Source: a virus. From it: a stretch of DNA of 64,000 nt. The translations under genes were made by a program, and so were the position numbers. The stretch lies in IMG/VR virus record IMGVR_UViG_3300018080_005419, one strand, 5' to 3'. Positions 27,969 through 37,725 of the stretch are shown piece by piece. The notes under the pieces are model-generated. The model ran no database searches. It was given only the letters and a program-made list of their open reading frames with translations, and had not been told where the DNA came from. Numbering within the stretch: the stretch's first letter is position 1; each line of letters begins with the position of its first letter.

Positions 27969-29237
27969 GTGACAACAATGTATAAACAACGGGGTTCTGC
28001 TCTAATAATAACAATGATTATGTTTATGATAGCAACAGGAATAATAACAGCATTATATATAGTAGTTTTGACAGCAAGTAAAAACAGTCAAATTCAATCT
28101 CAGTATTTAGAAGCATTAGAAAAATCACAAATAGGATTAAACATAACATTTAGAAAAATTAAAATGACACCACTGAAATACAATAGTAGTTATGAATTAA
28201 TGTGTTTTGTAGAGCAGGACCCCGACACAATAGGAAATATAAAAACAATTGATAATAGCAATGTGGGCTATAAAGTACAAGTTCGCTCAGCATATCTAGC
28301 ACATACATTAGGAGCAGTTGAAGAAACATATTTAAAAGAAATACAATATGAAGTTAGAAATGATCCTATCAATCCAATTTTTGACTATTATGAAATCAGG
28401 GCAAAATCGAAAGGAGTTGGAGAACATGACTTTCAAAGAGGCGTTATCTGCTTTGCTGAAATCCGCAAATCTGATGCAGCCATCCCCAGTGCGCTTTATA
28501 TTGATAATGACCCTAATCCTGTTTGGAATGGGGCTTCTTGGCGTGTTAGCGGTAAAGATCATTCAATGGCTCCGACAAGTGGAGGTGGAGGAATCATGGA
28601 AGAAGATGATTACCTCGTCTTCTCCGATAAGCATAAGCCAGCAGTTGGATACGATGGAGAATATTCTGCTTTGGGATTTACCTCATCAGAAGAAGATCAA
28701 ATCTCTACCTTTAACGAAAGTGGAACAGAAGTCACAGGAGAACAGGCATTTGTCAATACAAATATCGACCTACGAAAACTCGCCTGTAAATTCATCGGAG
28801 GAGAACCAACAGACCCATTAAAACCAGATTATAGCAGAGTTGACAATACTACTATGTCTTCATCTGGTCTTGGAGATATTGATGATTTTAGAGTTACATA
28901 TATTGGTGGAGATGCTGGAACTGTTGCCGGAAAAATAACAGGAGGTGGAGTTTTAGTAATCGATGGAAGTGTTAGTATTGTAGGACAATTAACGTGGTAT
29001 GGATTGGTTATTGTTTTGGGCGATATGAATATGAGCGGTGGAGGGGCAGGAATTCACGTTTTTGGATCTATTATGGTTGAATCAGAATCGGTAGTTTCGG
29101 GACAAGCAGATATTTGGTATAGCGAAGAAGCATTGCAAAAATTAATGAAAGATTGTGAACCTATTATGATGGTCGATGTGATTCCTATGGCTTATCAATT
29201 AATAGAAAAAGGTGATGATAAGATGGAAGATTTATAG
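27969..29237 (+). CDS. PilX-like minor pilin/pseudopilin
   Basis: KQRGSALIITMIMFMIA is a PilX-type N-terminus; Gly-rich beta-rich C-terminus (GGGVLVIDGSVSIVGQLTWYGLVIV). Confidence 0.7.
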   Translation: MTTMYKQRGSALIITMIMFMIATGIITALYIVVLTASKNSQIQSQYLEALEKSQIGLNITFRKIKMTPLKYNSSYELMCFVEQDPDTIGNIKTIDNSNVGYKVQVRSAYLAHTLGAVEETYLKEIQYEVRNDPINPIFDYYEIRAKSKGVGEHDFQRGVICFAEIRKSDAAIPSALYIDNDPNPVWNGASWRVSGKDHSMAPTSGGGGIMEEDDYLVFSDKHKPAVGYDGEYSALGFTSSEEDQISTFNESGTEVTGEQAFVNTNIDLRKLACKFIGGEPTDPLKPDYSRVDNTTMSSSGLGDIDDFRVTYIGGDAGTVAGKITGGGVLVIDGSVSIVGQLTWYGLVIVLGDMNMSGGGAGIHVFGSIMVESESVVSGQADIWYSEEALQKLMKDCEPIMMVDVIPMAYQLIEKGDDKMEDL

Positions 29238-29243
29238 ATTTTG

Positions 29244-29320
29244 TGGTGGGCGACATAGGACTCGAACCTATAACTTCTTGCGTGTAAAGCAAGTACGCTA
29301 GCCAATTGCGTCAGTCGCCC
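29244..29320 (-). tRNA. trnV: tRNA-Val(UAC)
   Basis: Cloverleaf with CTTGC-TT TAC AC-GCAAG; CCA encoded. Confidence 0.95.
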
Positions 29321-29346
29321 ATATAATATAAAAGAGCAAACAATAT

Positions 29347-29375
29347 ATTCTATCGTCTGCTATTTTAAAAGTCAA
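29347..29375 (-). promoter_or_regulatory. sigma70-type promoter directly upstream of tRNA-Val(UAC)
   Basis: TTGACT-N17-TAGAAT. Confidence 0.7.
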
Positions 29376-29383
29376 ATTATATT

Positions 29384-31237
29384 TTAATTTTCTCTTAACA
29401 ATTCGATAAATGTAGTCTTATCTAGTGCTTCAGGAGACAGATCAACAAAGTCTTTTTCAGGCTTTTCATGAACTACAATTGCTTCAGCTTTTTTAAGAAC
29501 ATCATTAAGTTCCAGAGAATTGATCAAACTAGAAACAAAGTATTGTCTCATTCTCTCAGCATTAACATTGAAAGAAAAACTTATAGCGTTTCCAAGAATA
29601 ACATTAGCAAAATAAACTCTATTTTCGTCCTCTACATTAGTTACAAGTCCTAATACATTCTGTCTTTGTTCTATAAGAATGTTAGTAGAAGCAATAATGT
29701 TATTCGGATCGACCATGTAATTATTGCCAAACCTCTTTATCTGTTCTTGAGCAACGATAATTTTAGTAGGAACAGGACTATTTTCATCATGATTATAATA
29801 ATTCAATGCTAAGATTTTCGACGTTACTTTCCCCTTTTTAACATAGAATAATTCACTTGCCCCTTTTGGCTTTGGAGCATCAGTTACATCACCAGAAAAT
29901 AGAATCTCGCAATCAGAAGATCTATAACTTCCATCCCAACCAATTTTTCCACCAGCATCAGATATAGACAAATCCAGATCTATTCTTCTATCTGTATTTG
30001 TCCAATGAACTCCAACAATCAGATCTTCAGGTACAGACACATAAGTACCTGTTGGAAGACTGCCGGTAAATTGTTTTTCTGTTGCTGGCATTGCATAATG
30101 AACCATTTTAGGAATATAAATCGTCTTACCTTCAACATTCTTTTTAATATTTTCCGCAATAGAAGAAACAACTGCATCTAAAGCCTCATTGGTTGCAGAA
30201 GTCTCGGTCCATGCAAAATCAGCAGACCATCCACGACCATTGCGAACACGGTATACAATTGCCTCAGGTGAATTCAATCTAAAATTAAGAGCATATGCTA
30301 AACGCACCTTTCTGAAAATAGAAGCATTGCTAAGCTTTTTATTTAAGGTCTTCATATCAAGATCTTTATTCTTAATATGAGAAGTCACACTGTTTAAATA
30401 ATCCTCAGGCATTGGTTTGTGCATCTTGTTAGCTTGTTTTCTCAGACGATTAAAGAAGGTCTTATTGCGACTAATAGACTTCAAAGCCAAGAAAATGGGT
30501 TTAAATCTAAAGAAAATAGACGCTAAATCTTCGGGAGCATTTTTCAATAACTCATCCAAGAATTTTCCATTTGAAATCTTGATTTTGTTAATTAATTCGT
30601 TGTTTTTAATCAAAAGAGAAGTATCTGTCAATTTGCTGATAACATAACGAAGATATTCAACAGGATCAGAAGGACAAATACCATAGAAGTCATAGAGACG
30701 AGCCTTTAATTCTCTATTTTTAATCTTTTCAACAAAGGCACTATCAAACTTGCTCTGTTCAACAATTGTCATAATATCGTTGAGAGATTCTTCTGATAAA
30801 GCAATCCCACAACCCAACTTCACAATTGCCTCAAGAACTTCCTCAGAGGTCATAGCTTTTACTACAACAAGAGGAATTCTTTCAGCTTCTGGAAATTCTA
30901 GAACTTCACGGGGAATGTATACGGAATCCTCGCTATATATACCCATTGCTTCAAATCCATAGGTAGTAATATAGTGAAGAATTTGCTGCATAACCAATTG
31001 GAGTTCTGAAGATTCTTTAACAATCTTCCAAGACTTATGAAAGGCAGCATTGGCCTTTTCACCAGAAATGCCGACTACTGTTTCTATCAAATCTAAAAGT
31101 TCAGTATCAGGGCGAATTGCTGGTTGAAGAATATAACCATTCTTGATAGTGCGTTCAAGAATGTCATCAGAGATTTTCTTCTTTCTTTTGTTCTCCACCA
31201 ATACAGCATTAAATAGTTTCAGCAATTCGGTCTTCAT
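29384..31237 (-). CDS. 617-aa protein with a C-terminal TerD-like domain
   Basis: GVHW...IDLDLS...IGWDG...ILFSGDVTDAP...GASE resembles TerD-type segments; N-terminal AAFHKSW. Confidence 0.55.
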   Translation of the reverse strand: MKTELLKLFNAVLVENKRKKKISDDILERTIKNGYILQPAIRPDTELLDLIETVVGISGEKANAAFHKSWKIVKESSELQLVMQQILHYITTYGFEAMGIYSEDSVYIPREVLEFPEAERIPLVVVKAMTSEEVLEAIVKLGCGIALSEESLNDIMTIVEQSKFDSAFVEKIKNRELKARLYDFYGICPSDPVEYLRYVISKLTDTSLLIKNNELINKIKISNGKFLDELLKNAPEDLASIFFRFKPIFLALKSISRNKTFFNRLRKQANKMHKPMPEDYLNSVTSHIKNKDLDMKTLNKKLSNASIFRKVRLAYALNFRLNSPEAIVYRVRNGRGWSADFAWTETSATNEALDAVVSSIAENIKKNVEGKTIYIPKMVHYAMPATEKQFTGSLPTGTYVSVPEDLIVGVHWTNTDRRIDLDLSISDAGGKIGWDGSYRSSDCEILFSGDVTDAPKPKGASELFYVKKGKVTSKILALNYYNHDENSPVPTKIIVAQEQIKRFGNNYMVDPNNIIASTNILIEQRQNVLGLVTNVEDENRVYFANVILGNAISFSFNVNAERMRQYFVSSLINSLELNDVLKKAEAIVVHEKPEKDFVDLSPEALDKTTFIELLREN

Positions 31238-31252
31238 ACTTTTCTCCTAAAA

Positions 31253-31449
31253 ATGGGCGAGAGGTATTCTGGCGATTTGGAATCGAATTTAAGGAACCTC
31301 ATTTGCCCATCAAATATAAAGAAGGCGAGGAGTAATTCTTTCTCCAATAGAAAATATTAAGGAACTCCCTTTGCCTTCAAAAATTAATAAAAAGGGGCGA
31401 GAGGTAATCGATTTACAGTCGTTTGAAAAAAGGAACCTCTTGTGCCCCT
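31253..31449 (-). repeat. Three tandem copies of a ~57-nt structured RNA motif
   Basis: Units 31253-31310, 31321-31378 and 31393-31449, with covarying outer and inner stems and conserved GGCGA and AGGA (plus-strand reading). Confidence 0.8.
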
Positions 31450-31702
31450 AATCATACATTTTAGTATACAGAAAATAGCATTACTTTTCTGGCGCTTAAT
31501 TAAATTGTTTTTTGACTCTACTTGAAACACCGACCAAAGCATTTTCAAGCGTATGGGATATTATACGCTCTTTGTAATTAATGCAAGTATTTTTCCTAAT
31601 TTTTGTTTTTTAGACGAATTAAATTATTAAATTGAGCAAATTTCGACCTATTGCATTTAATATACAACTATTGAAATATAAAATACTTATAAATTAAATA
31701 TA

Positions 31703-31828
31703 TCACTTATCATCATACGTAACAGGAGGTGGTGGAATTATTTTATTTTCTCCAGGATAAGGACCACCATTTCTTGCACAACCAGATAAAATAACCAACA
31801 TGCCAATAATCAAAATAGCTTTTTTCAT
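31703..31828 (-). CDS. 41-aa lipoprotein (not in the ORF track)
   Basis: MKKAILIIGMLVILSGCARNGGPYPGENKIIPPPPVTYDDK; lipobox LSGC; AAGGAG upstream. Confidence 0.6.
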   Translation of the reverse strand: MKKAILIIGMLVILSGCARNGGPYPGENKIIPPPPVTYDDK

Positions 31829-31841
31829 TGTTCTATTCTCC

Positions 31842-32309
31842 TTAGAAATTTACAAACCATGCGCTCTCAATTTCTTCTGGTGTCAAAGTAATAATTCCTG
31901 GTCTCCCACGAGCAACAAGCTGGGGTTCTACAAAAATAACTTCTCTGTTATCTCTATCTCCTACAATTGCGACATTAATAGCATGACCACCTCCCCCACC
32001 ACCTTCTGCTCTAGCTTTTGCCATATAATAAACTACACCAAAAGAAAGTCCCTGAGCCGTTGATTGCTTTGTATTATAGTGAGCCCATTGCATATCAACA
32101 AACATAAGCCAAGCAAAATTATCACAATCATTATTTGGCTCCCATTTATCGAGATTTTGATCCTTTAATTTTCGAGCCCACCACTTTGGAAAATCGTTTT
32201 GAATATAATCTCTACTAGGAACTCCATAGTCTTTATCGCATATGTGTAAAGAAGCTCTATACATTCCAACATCATTAATTAAAGTACCCAATTCTCTTGC
32301 GCTGATCAT
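31842..32309 (-). CDS. Papain/transglutaminase-fold protein (MOA C-terminal-like)
   Basis: NDCDNFA (Cys), GHAIN (His) and FVEPQ motifs. Confidence 0.55.
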   Translation of the reverse strand: MISARELGTLINDVGMYRASLHICDKDYGVPSRDYIQNDFPKWWARKLKDQNLDKWEPNNDCDNFAWLMFVDMQWAHYNTKQSTAQGLSFGVVYYMAKARAEGGGGGGHAINVAIVGDRDNREVIFVEPQLVARGRPGIITLTPEEIESAWFVNF

Positions 32310-32416
32310 ACTAATCCTCCTTTTTAAAACAATACTTCAACACAACTAAATACAAATAATGCAAAACAAATAAAACGATTCCAGGAGACAAAACATATGG
32401 AAACCAACTTTTGTAA

Positions 32417-32608
32417 TCAATCACTTCTATCAACCTTCTTGTAACAATTCGTACATAAAATTTGATGAGATATTAAATATTCTCCATTTCCACAGTCAAC
32501 TTTCCTAACTACCAAAGCACCATCATAAGGTGGCTCTGGAACGCACTTACAAAGCATACAACGACTGCTTTTCATAGCCAATTCTATTTCATTATTTGTG
32601 AGGAACAA
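32417..32608 (-). CDS. Small Zn-finger-like protein
   Basis: CMLC...CTNC. Confidence 0.45.
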   Translation of the reverse strand: MFLTNNEIELAMKSSRCMLCKCVPEPPYDGALVVRKVDCGNGEYLISHQILCTNCYKKVDRSD

Positions 32609-33164
32609 TTTCTACTCTCCCCGATCCATTACATAAAACACAAATATAGGAATTCGGAGGCACACTTCTATCGTGTCCATCTTTCCCGCTACCATTACAC
32701 CAAGGACATTTAATTACAATATCTTCCGTATCTATAGTTGTATCTTTTAATTCTAAAGCATCGGCAATATCAGAAATTAAACGCATCCAATTTTTATGAT
32801 CTTCTCGTAATGTCTCTATGTCATCAGTTTTGCATTCTATTTCTTTTTCTTCTTCCAATTCTTTTTGTACTTTGACTTGCTCTACTCCAAAACATTTTTT
32901 TAGTACTGAATAAAACCACTCTTTATCTTCTTCTGTCAATTCTTCAGATTCATCATAACCAGCATCAAGTCTAATTCCTGAATGTATAAAATTACGCTTA
33001 TATCCCCAAATTTGTAATCCTATAATTTTTCCACTATTATCAAATGGATGAGTAACAGTTAAAATAGGATTAACCCATTCGGAAAAACCACCTTCCTCTT
33101 CCCATTTAACTTCAAGTATATCTCCTAGCTCGTTATACCATACAATTGGCTTAAACTTTTCCAT
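32592..33164 (-). CDS. Hypothetical protein with a DnaJ-type zinc finger
   Basis: CPWCNGSG...CVLCNGSG. Confidence 0.6.
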   Translation of the reverse strand: MEKFKPIVWYNELGDILEVKWEEEGGFSEWVNPILTVTHPFDNSGKIIGLQIWGYKRNFIHSGIRLDAGYDESEELTEEDKEWFYSVLKKCFGVEQVKVQKELEEEKEIECKTDDIETLREDHKNWMRLISDIADALELKDTTIDTEDIVIKCPWCNGSGKDGHDRSVPPNSYICVLCNGSGRVEIVPHK

Positions 33165-33208
33165 TGCTAATATTCTTCTTTTAAAATAATAGGCTCTGGC
33201 GGATTTTT

Positions 33209-33655
33209 CTACTCTGAAAGTTCCTGAACTAATTCATTTGCTCTAGTCAATCCATTTGATAATTCGTTTATGATTATCTTTAATTGTTCAGCATCAGAAA
33301 GTCCATAACATCTTTTTGAAATATCATTATTATCTGGGATGCATTGAAGAGGATTATCTGCTCGATCAGCTTTATTTGCCTCCCACATTGCACTCCAATT
33401 ACTTAAAATATTTAGGAATACTTGATCTCCAACTTCAACATCGGCAGCAATTCCAACATCAGAACCATAATCATATTGAGTAATTAATCCGTTATCATGC
33501 TCTAAACGAATGATGATATACTTAGTATCAGAACAATTCGTGCAACCTTGATTTTCATCATTACAAGCACATTCTTTCAATTTTCCTTTTGCAACTACTA
33601 CACCTTCATGCTTCTGTTCTGTGACACGTTTCATTGCTTCTTTGATTCCTGCCAT
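33209..33655 (-). CDS. Hypothetical protein enclosed by 15-bp inverted repeats
   Basis: 148-aa ORF; repeats at 33189-33203 and 33680-33694. Confidence 0.6.
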   Translation of the reverse strand: MAGIKEAMKRVTEQKHEGVVVAKGKLKECACNDENQGCTNCSDTKYIIIRLEHDNGLITQYDYGSDVGIAADVEVGDQVFLNILSNWSAMWEANKADRADNPLQCIPDNNDISKRCYGLSDAEQLKIIINELSNGLTRANELVQELSE

Positions 33656-33715
33656 TGTTTTCTCCTTCTCCTGATAAGCTCCGCCAGAGCCTATATAAGG
33701 ATTTTTTTTGGCAAC

Positions 33716-33928
33716 TTATTTATTTACCGCACCATAATTTGGCAACGCTCCTTCTGGCATTTGCTGAACTCCAATTAACGCTCTTAAAATTGACTCTTTG
33801 TAGATTCTTTGTTTCATTGGATCCATCATAAGACTAGCAATATGTGTTCTTAGCTCTGGTTCTCCTAAAGTATTATCTCTAGTATTATATCCCATCTGTT
33901 TGCGATAATTACGCATCCATCTTCCCAT
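33716..33928 (-). CDS. Small hypothetical protein
   Basis: ORF in the main orientation; start uncertain. Confidence 0.45.
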   Translation of the reverse strand: MGRWMRNYRKQMGYNTRDNTLGEPELRTHIASLMMDPMKQRIYKESILRALIGVQQMPEGALPNYGAVNK

Positions 33929-33932
33929 TATT

Positions 33933-34679
33933 CTATTTTTCATTCAAAACTCCCCATTCTTTTCCTTTATTTCTAACAATAATTCCTTTTCTACTTAAAT
34001 ACAATTGACGATTATGTTCATGTAAAGGTCTGGTTCTTCCTGGTCTGCTGCTTCTTGAATGATATAAATGAACACATTGAGCATCTGTTTGAACATAATG
34101 ACAATTCAAATCCAATAACCTATCTACAAAATCCCGATCATCAAAAGCCATTCCTATAAAATCTTCGTCATATCCCCTAATTTTTTCATAATGTGATCGA
34201 TGCATGGAAAATAAAAATGGAAGTTTCACATTTAAATTTCCTAATTTATTATAGATTTCTATTAAATTATTACCACTAGATTCTAACGCATTTAAAAATA
34301 ATTTATTATCATCTTTTCCTTGAGGTATTCCCAAAGCCAATTTATCATCTAAAACCGGATCTATAAGTTTATTTAGTACATTTCCAATATGATAAATTTC
34401 TGCACAAGATAAAATAATAATATCACCAGAAGATCGCTTAAATCCTATGTTAAAAGCAAAACCAGGAACTCTCCATTTTTCTCCATCTAAATTTCTGTGA
34501 CCTGTAAATATATACTTACAACCATATTCTTTTGCAATTTGTTCTGTTTGATCATGAGTACCATCATTTATAACAATTACCTCAAGATCATGTTTTAATT
34601 TTTGTTTCTTTATTGTTGGAAGAGTGTGTTTGAGAAGATGATCCCTTTTAAATGTTGTAATGAGCAAACTAATTAACAT
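33933..34679 (-). CDS. GT2 family glycosyltransferase
   Basis: Start reassigned to MLISLLITTFKR (the ORF-track start runs through a tRNA); VINDGT, FNIG and GYDEDF...DDRDF motifs. Confidence 0.85.
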   Translation of the reverse strand: MLISLLITTFKRDHLLKHTLPTIKKQKLKHDLEVIVINDGTHDQTEQIAKEYGCKYIFTGHRNLDGEKWRVPGFAFNIGFKRSSGDIIILSCAEIYHIGNVLNKLIDPVLDDKLALGIPQGKDDNKLFLNALESSGNNLIEIYNKLGNLNVKLPFLFSMHRSHYEKIRGYDEDFIGMAFDDRDFVDRLLDLNCHYVQTDAQCVHLYHSRSSRPGRTRPLHEHNRQLYLSRKGIIVRNKGKEWGVLNEK

Positions 34680-34708
34680 AATTTTAAATCTTTCTGACGA
34701 ACTATTTT

Positions 34709-34794
34709 TGGTAGCCAAGGTGGGATTCGAACCCACATGGGATTTCTCCCACTTGTTCTTGAGACAAGCGCGTATCCCGTTCCGCCACTTGGCC
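34709..34794 (-). tRNA. trnL: tRNA-Leu(CAA)
   Basis: CTTGT-CT CAA GA-ACAAG; long variable arm; CCA encoded. Confidence 0.95.
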
Positions 34795-34804
34795 TAAAAT
34801 CATT

Positions 34805-35317
34805 CTAAGTCATAATCCATCTTTGCCATGTCTTATGTGTACGAAGATCAATAGCAGTAATAATCATAACATCACGCTGAGGAATAAATGGACGACAACG
34901 AAGCTTCATACCAGCTTCCTCAGGTGTTCTGTTATCCTTTGCACAATTGCACTTTCTACACGCAGCTACAACATTTCCCCACTTATGCTTTCCTCCACGA
35001 CTAGTAGGAAAAACATGATCTATTGTACCGCTCTTAGAAGTCAAACGAGTACCACAATATTGACATTCGAAACTATCACGACGAAGCACATTTTCCTTGC
35101 TAATCGAAATACTTTTAAAAGGCACACGAACATAAGTTATTAGAATCAAAACAGTAGGAAGCTTAAAAACAGCGCCACCTACCAATTTGATATCATGGTA
35201 TTCATCGTGTCCAGATGGCTTTTTAGCTTTACCATTAACCATCTGCATTACAGCTTCTTTCCAGGTAATAACATCGTGTACTTCATAACTTGCATTCAGC
35301 AATAACACACGCTTCAT
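34805..35317 (-). CDS. HNH endonuclease (McrA-like), between two tRNA genes
   Basis: VLRRDSFECQYCG...TIDHVFPTSRGG...NVVAACRKCN. Confidence 0.9.
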   Translation of the reverse strand: MKRVLLLNASYEVHDVITWKEAVMQMVNGKAKKPSGHDEYHDIKLVGGAVFKLPTVLILITYVRVPFKSISISKENVLRRDSFECQYCGTRLTSKSGTIDHVFPTSRGGKHKWGNVVAACRKCNCAKDNRTPEEAGMKLRCRPFIPQRDVMIITAIDLRTHKTWQRWIMT

Positions 35318-35387
35318 TTTATCATCCTCCGTTCATATTTCTCCTTTATAATTTAGCGTATTTATTTAATTTTTTCAAGTATTAAAT

Positions 35388-35461
35388 TGGCAGGAGCGGA
35401 GAGAATCGAACTCCCAGCTAAAGGTTTGGAGCCTTTCATGTTGCCATTACACCACGCTCCT
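35388..35461 (-). tRNA. trnW: tRNA-Trp(CCA)
   Basis: AAAGG-CT CCA AA-CCTTT; CCA encoded. Confidence 0.93.
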
Positions 35462-35488
35462 TTTTATATTTTAATTCCTTTGCTTTTG

Positions 35489-36280
35489 TTAATCTACGTG
35501 CTTCTTTTTGGCAATAATCTCATCTAAAATTTTTAAATCGCTTAAATATGCTTTATCGAAATAAGGTAATAACTCACCCCAAGAATCTGTTTTAGATAAC
35601 ACCAAATACGCATTTGCTCTTGCCTTATTTACGCCCCAATGCATAGCAGAATTGCCAGGACGACGATTGGGACTTAAATGAATACCATGTACAGGTCTTT
35701 CTCTATTGGGCGTAATTTTTCCGAAATAATACGTTACGATTCTACATATAAGTTCTTCGTCACTCATTTTGCCATATTGTCGAAAATATTCTTGCCCAAT
35801 CCATTCAATATCAATTTTATCAAAATATCTCTTTGTGTCTACGCAATGCAATCCTGTCATTCTTCCTGTGCGCCTGAGCATATTACTATAAGGAAGACGA
35901 GTTTCTTTCATAATACGACGATGAATATCTCCAAGCGATTCTTTTGTATCTCTTAAAATTAGAATATCAATATCTCCAATATAAGTTAACGGTTGTCTTG
36001 TTTTTGGAGCAACCACCCATCGCAAAGAATTAAAAATCGGGCTAACTTTTGATTGCGGCCTTAAAAATTTTGCAGGAATTTGACGTAATGCCCATCTACT
36101 ACCAAAATGATTCCTTGCAATTGAAATTAAAGGTTTGTGAGTCTTTTCAAATTGAATCTTATCATCTAAATAAATTTCCATTGTCGATTGTTTATATGTC
36201 TCTAAAGCAGCAGCAATATAAGGAATAACAAATCGATAATATTTCTGATTTGATACTGTTAAAAAGTGAACATTGTTCAA
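35489..36280 (-). CDS. Hypothetical protein, possible glycosyltransferase
   Basis: YIGDIDIL DXD-like motif and SDEELI. Confidence 0.45.
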   Translation of the reverse strand: MNNVHFLTVSNQKYYRFVIPYIAAALETYKQSTMEIYLDDKIQFEKTHKPLISIARNHFGSRWALRQIPAKFLRPQSKVSPIFNSLRWVVAPKTRQPLTYIGDIDILILRDTKESLGDIHRRIMKETRLPYSNMLRRTGRMTGLHCVDTKRYFDKIDIEWIGQEYFRQYGKMSDEELICRIVTYYFGKITPNRERPVHGIHLSPNRRPGNSAMHWGVNKARANAYLVLSKTDSWGELLPYFDKAYLSDLKILDEIIAKKKHVD

Positions 36281-36292
36281 TTTAACATCCTT

Positions 36293-36976
36293 TCAGATTT
36301 TTTGATAGCCTAGCTTTTCAAATACAACATCAGATATGTTATCATTTACAATTTGTATTTGTGTTGAAGTTAAATCAAATGTTTGCATGTTTAAATATTT
36401 TTTTCTTTGTTCTTCAGTAAACACATTTGATTGACCGACTTTTTTCACATTACGCCAACTTGTTGTTGCCTTATTTAATCCGAAATTTCTTTCTATTTTT
36501 TGTAATGCTCCCTTGAATCCATTTATTTTGATTAGATGCTCATATTGAATTCTAATTATTAAAGGAAGTTCTCTCTTTGGAGATATAAACCAATTTAGAA
36601 AGAATTCATTATATAGGCGACACAAATTTTGCAAACTAAAATTTGAAACTTCACCGAGAACATTTTTTGACGTTATAATTTCATCACCAGTTAATCCATT
36701 AATATTACAAATTTCAAATTCTAAATGTCTTCCTCCCATATCTACACAATTTCTTTGTATACTTTCAATCCATGAATACGGATTTTTACTAATCAAAATA
36801 TGGAAAAAATTGTCTTCGAAGTTGAAAATATTAGGATTCACAGAGTGCTTCCAAAAATATCCTCTTTTGACATGATTCTTTATTGTTACATTTTTAAAAT
36901 TAACTCTTAAAAGTTGTTCTAAATATTCTGTTCCACTTCGTTGCAGCCCTATCACAATTCCGGAAAATTCATTCAT
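36293..36976 (-). CDS. Sulfotransferase-like protein (paralog of 63117-63824)
   Basis: GLQRSGTEYL, FWKH, KNPYSWIESI and IQYEHL motifs. Confidence 0.65.
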   Translation of the reverse strand: MNEFSGIVIGLQRSGTEYLEQLLRVNFKNVTIKNHVKRGYFWKHSVNPNIFNFEDNFFHILISKNPYSWIESIQRNCVDMGGRHLEFEICNINGLTGDEIITSKNVLGEVSNFSLQNLCRLYNEFFLNWFISPKRELPLIIRIQYEHLIKINGFKGALQKIERNFGLNKATTSWRNVKKVGQSNVFTEEQRKKYLNMQTFDLTSTQIQIVNDNISDVVFEKLGYQKI

Positions 36977-37094
36977 TTTATCTCTCTAAAATTCAAATCA
37001 AACGACTTACCATTATAATACTTTCTTAGCTATAAAAACCAATTTATCTAAAAATTATAAATAACATCCTATACACCACGATCCTTTCTATATT

Positions 37095-37310
37095 TTAACA
37101 AGAATTAACTACTTTGTTAGCCAACGCATTAAGAGCAGCACTGAGACAAATACTTGGATCACCGCCCCAAAAAGAAAATAATTGTTCATCTGTCACTACA
37201 ACTCCACATCCTTTACATTTATTAACTGAATCTGCCGATGGAATTTTTGAAGTTACACATTTGTATATGTATAATTCTGGGTTATATTCCCATCGATGTG
37301 AAATGTACAT
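37095..37310 (-). CDS. Small hypothetical protein
   Basis: 71-aa ORF with CKGC. Confidence 0.45.
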   Translation of the reverse strand: MYISHRWEYNPELYIYKCVTSKIPSADSVNKCKGCGVVVTDEQLFSFWGGDPSICLSAALNALANKVVNSC

Positions 37311-37329
37311 ATTAGTCCTTCCTCTAAAT

Positions 37330-37357
37330 GCGCTCTCCCAAATTGAGCTATACCCAG
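37330..37357 (-). pseudogene. 5' tRNA fragment (acceptor 5' strand plus D-arm), C1 suggests Pro
   Basis: CTGGGTA TA GCTC AATTTGGGA GAGC G; no anticodon arm, T-arm or CCA found downstream. Confidence 0.55.
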
Positions 37358-37364
37358 TTAAATT

Positions 37365-37583
37365 TTAGGGATAAATAATATTTCCCTGTTCTTCTTGCTT
37401 TTTAACATCTCTCCACGAATACCAAATACTGCTATATTTCCAAGAAGCCTCAACAGTATAATTTCCCCCACATTTAAGTTTCTTATAATACACATCTTTT
37501 TCTGCTTTTTTATATCCTTCTTCAAATGCTTCTTTTATTAATTCAGAAGCAAATTTAGCATATTGCGGCCCTCTTGCTCCCAT
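37365..37583 (-). CDS. Small hypothetical protein
   Basis: Start reassigned to MGARGPQY after AAGGAG. Confidence 0.5.
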   Translation of the reverse strand: MGARGPQYAKFASELIKEAFEEGYKKAEKDVYYKKLKCGGNYTVEASWKYSSIWYSWRDVKKQEEQGNIIYP

Positions 37584-37602
37584 AATCAACTCCTTTAAAT
37601 TT

Positions 37603-37725
37603 TGGCGGAGAGGACAGGAATTGAACCTGCACATCCGGATCCTATAAGATTTAAAAGGAACCATTTTTGCCGGAAAGCGAATGGTAGATCAATTCCGGCG
37701 CTCTAACCATTTAAGCTACCTCTCC
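37603..37725 (-). pseudogene. tRNA-like gene with a 54-nt insert replacing the anticodon loop
   Basis: Intact acceptor GGAGAGG/CCTCTCC, G73-CCA, D-arm, T-arm and anticodon stem CCGGA/TCCGG; no assignable anticodon. Confidence 0.7.
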
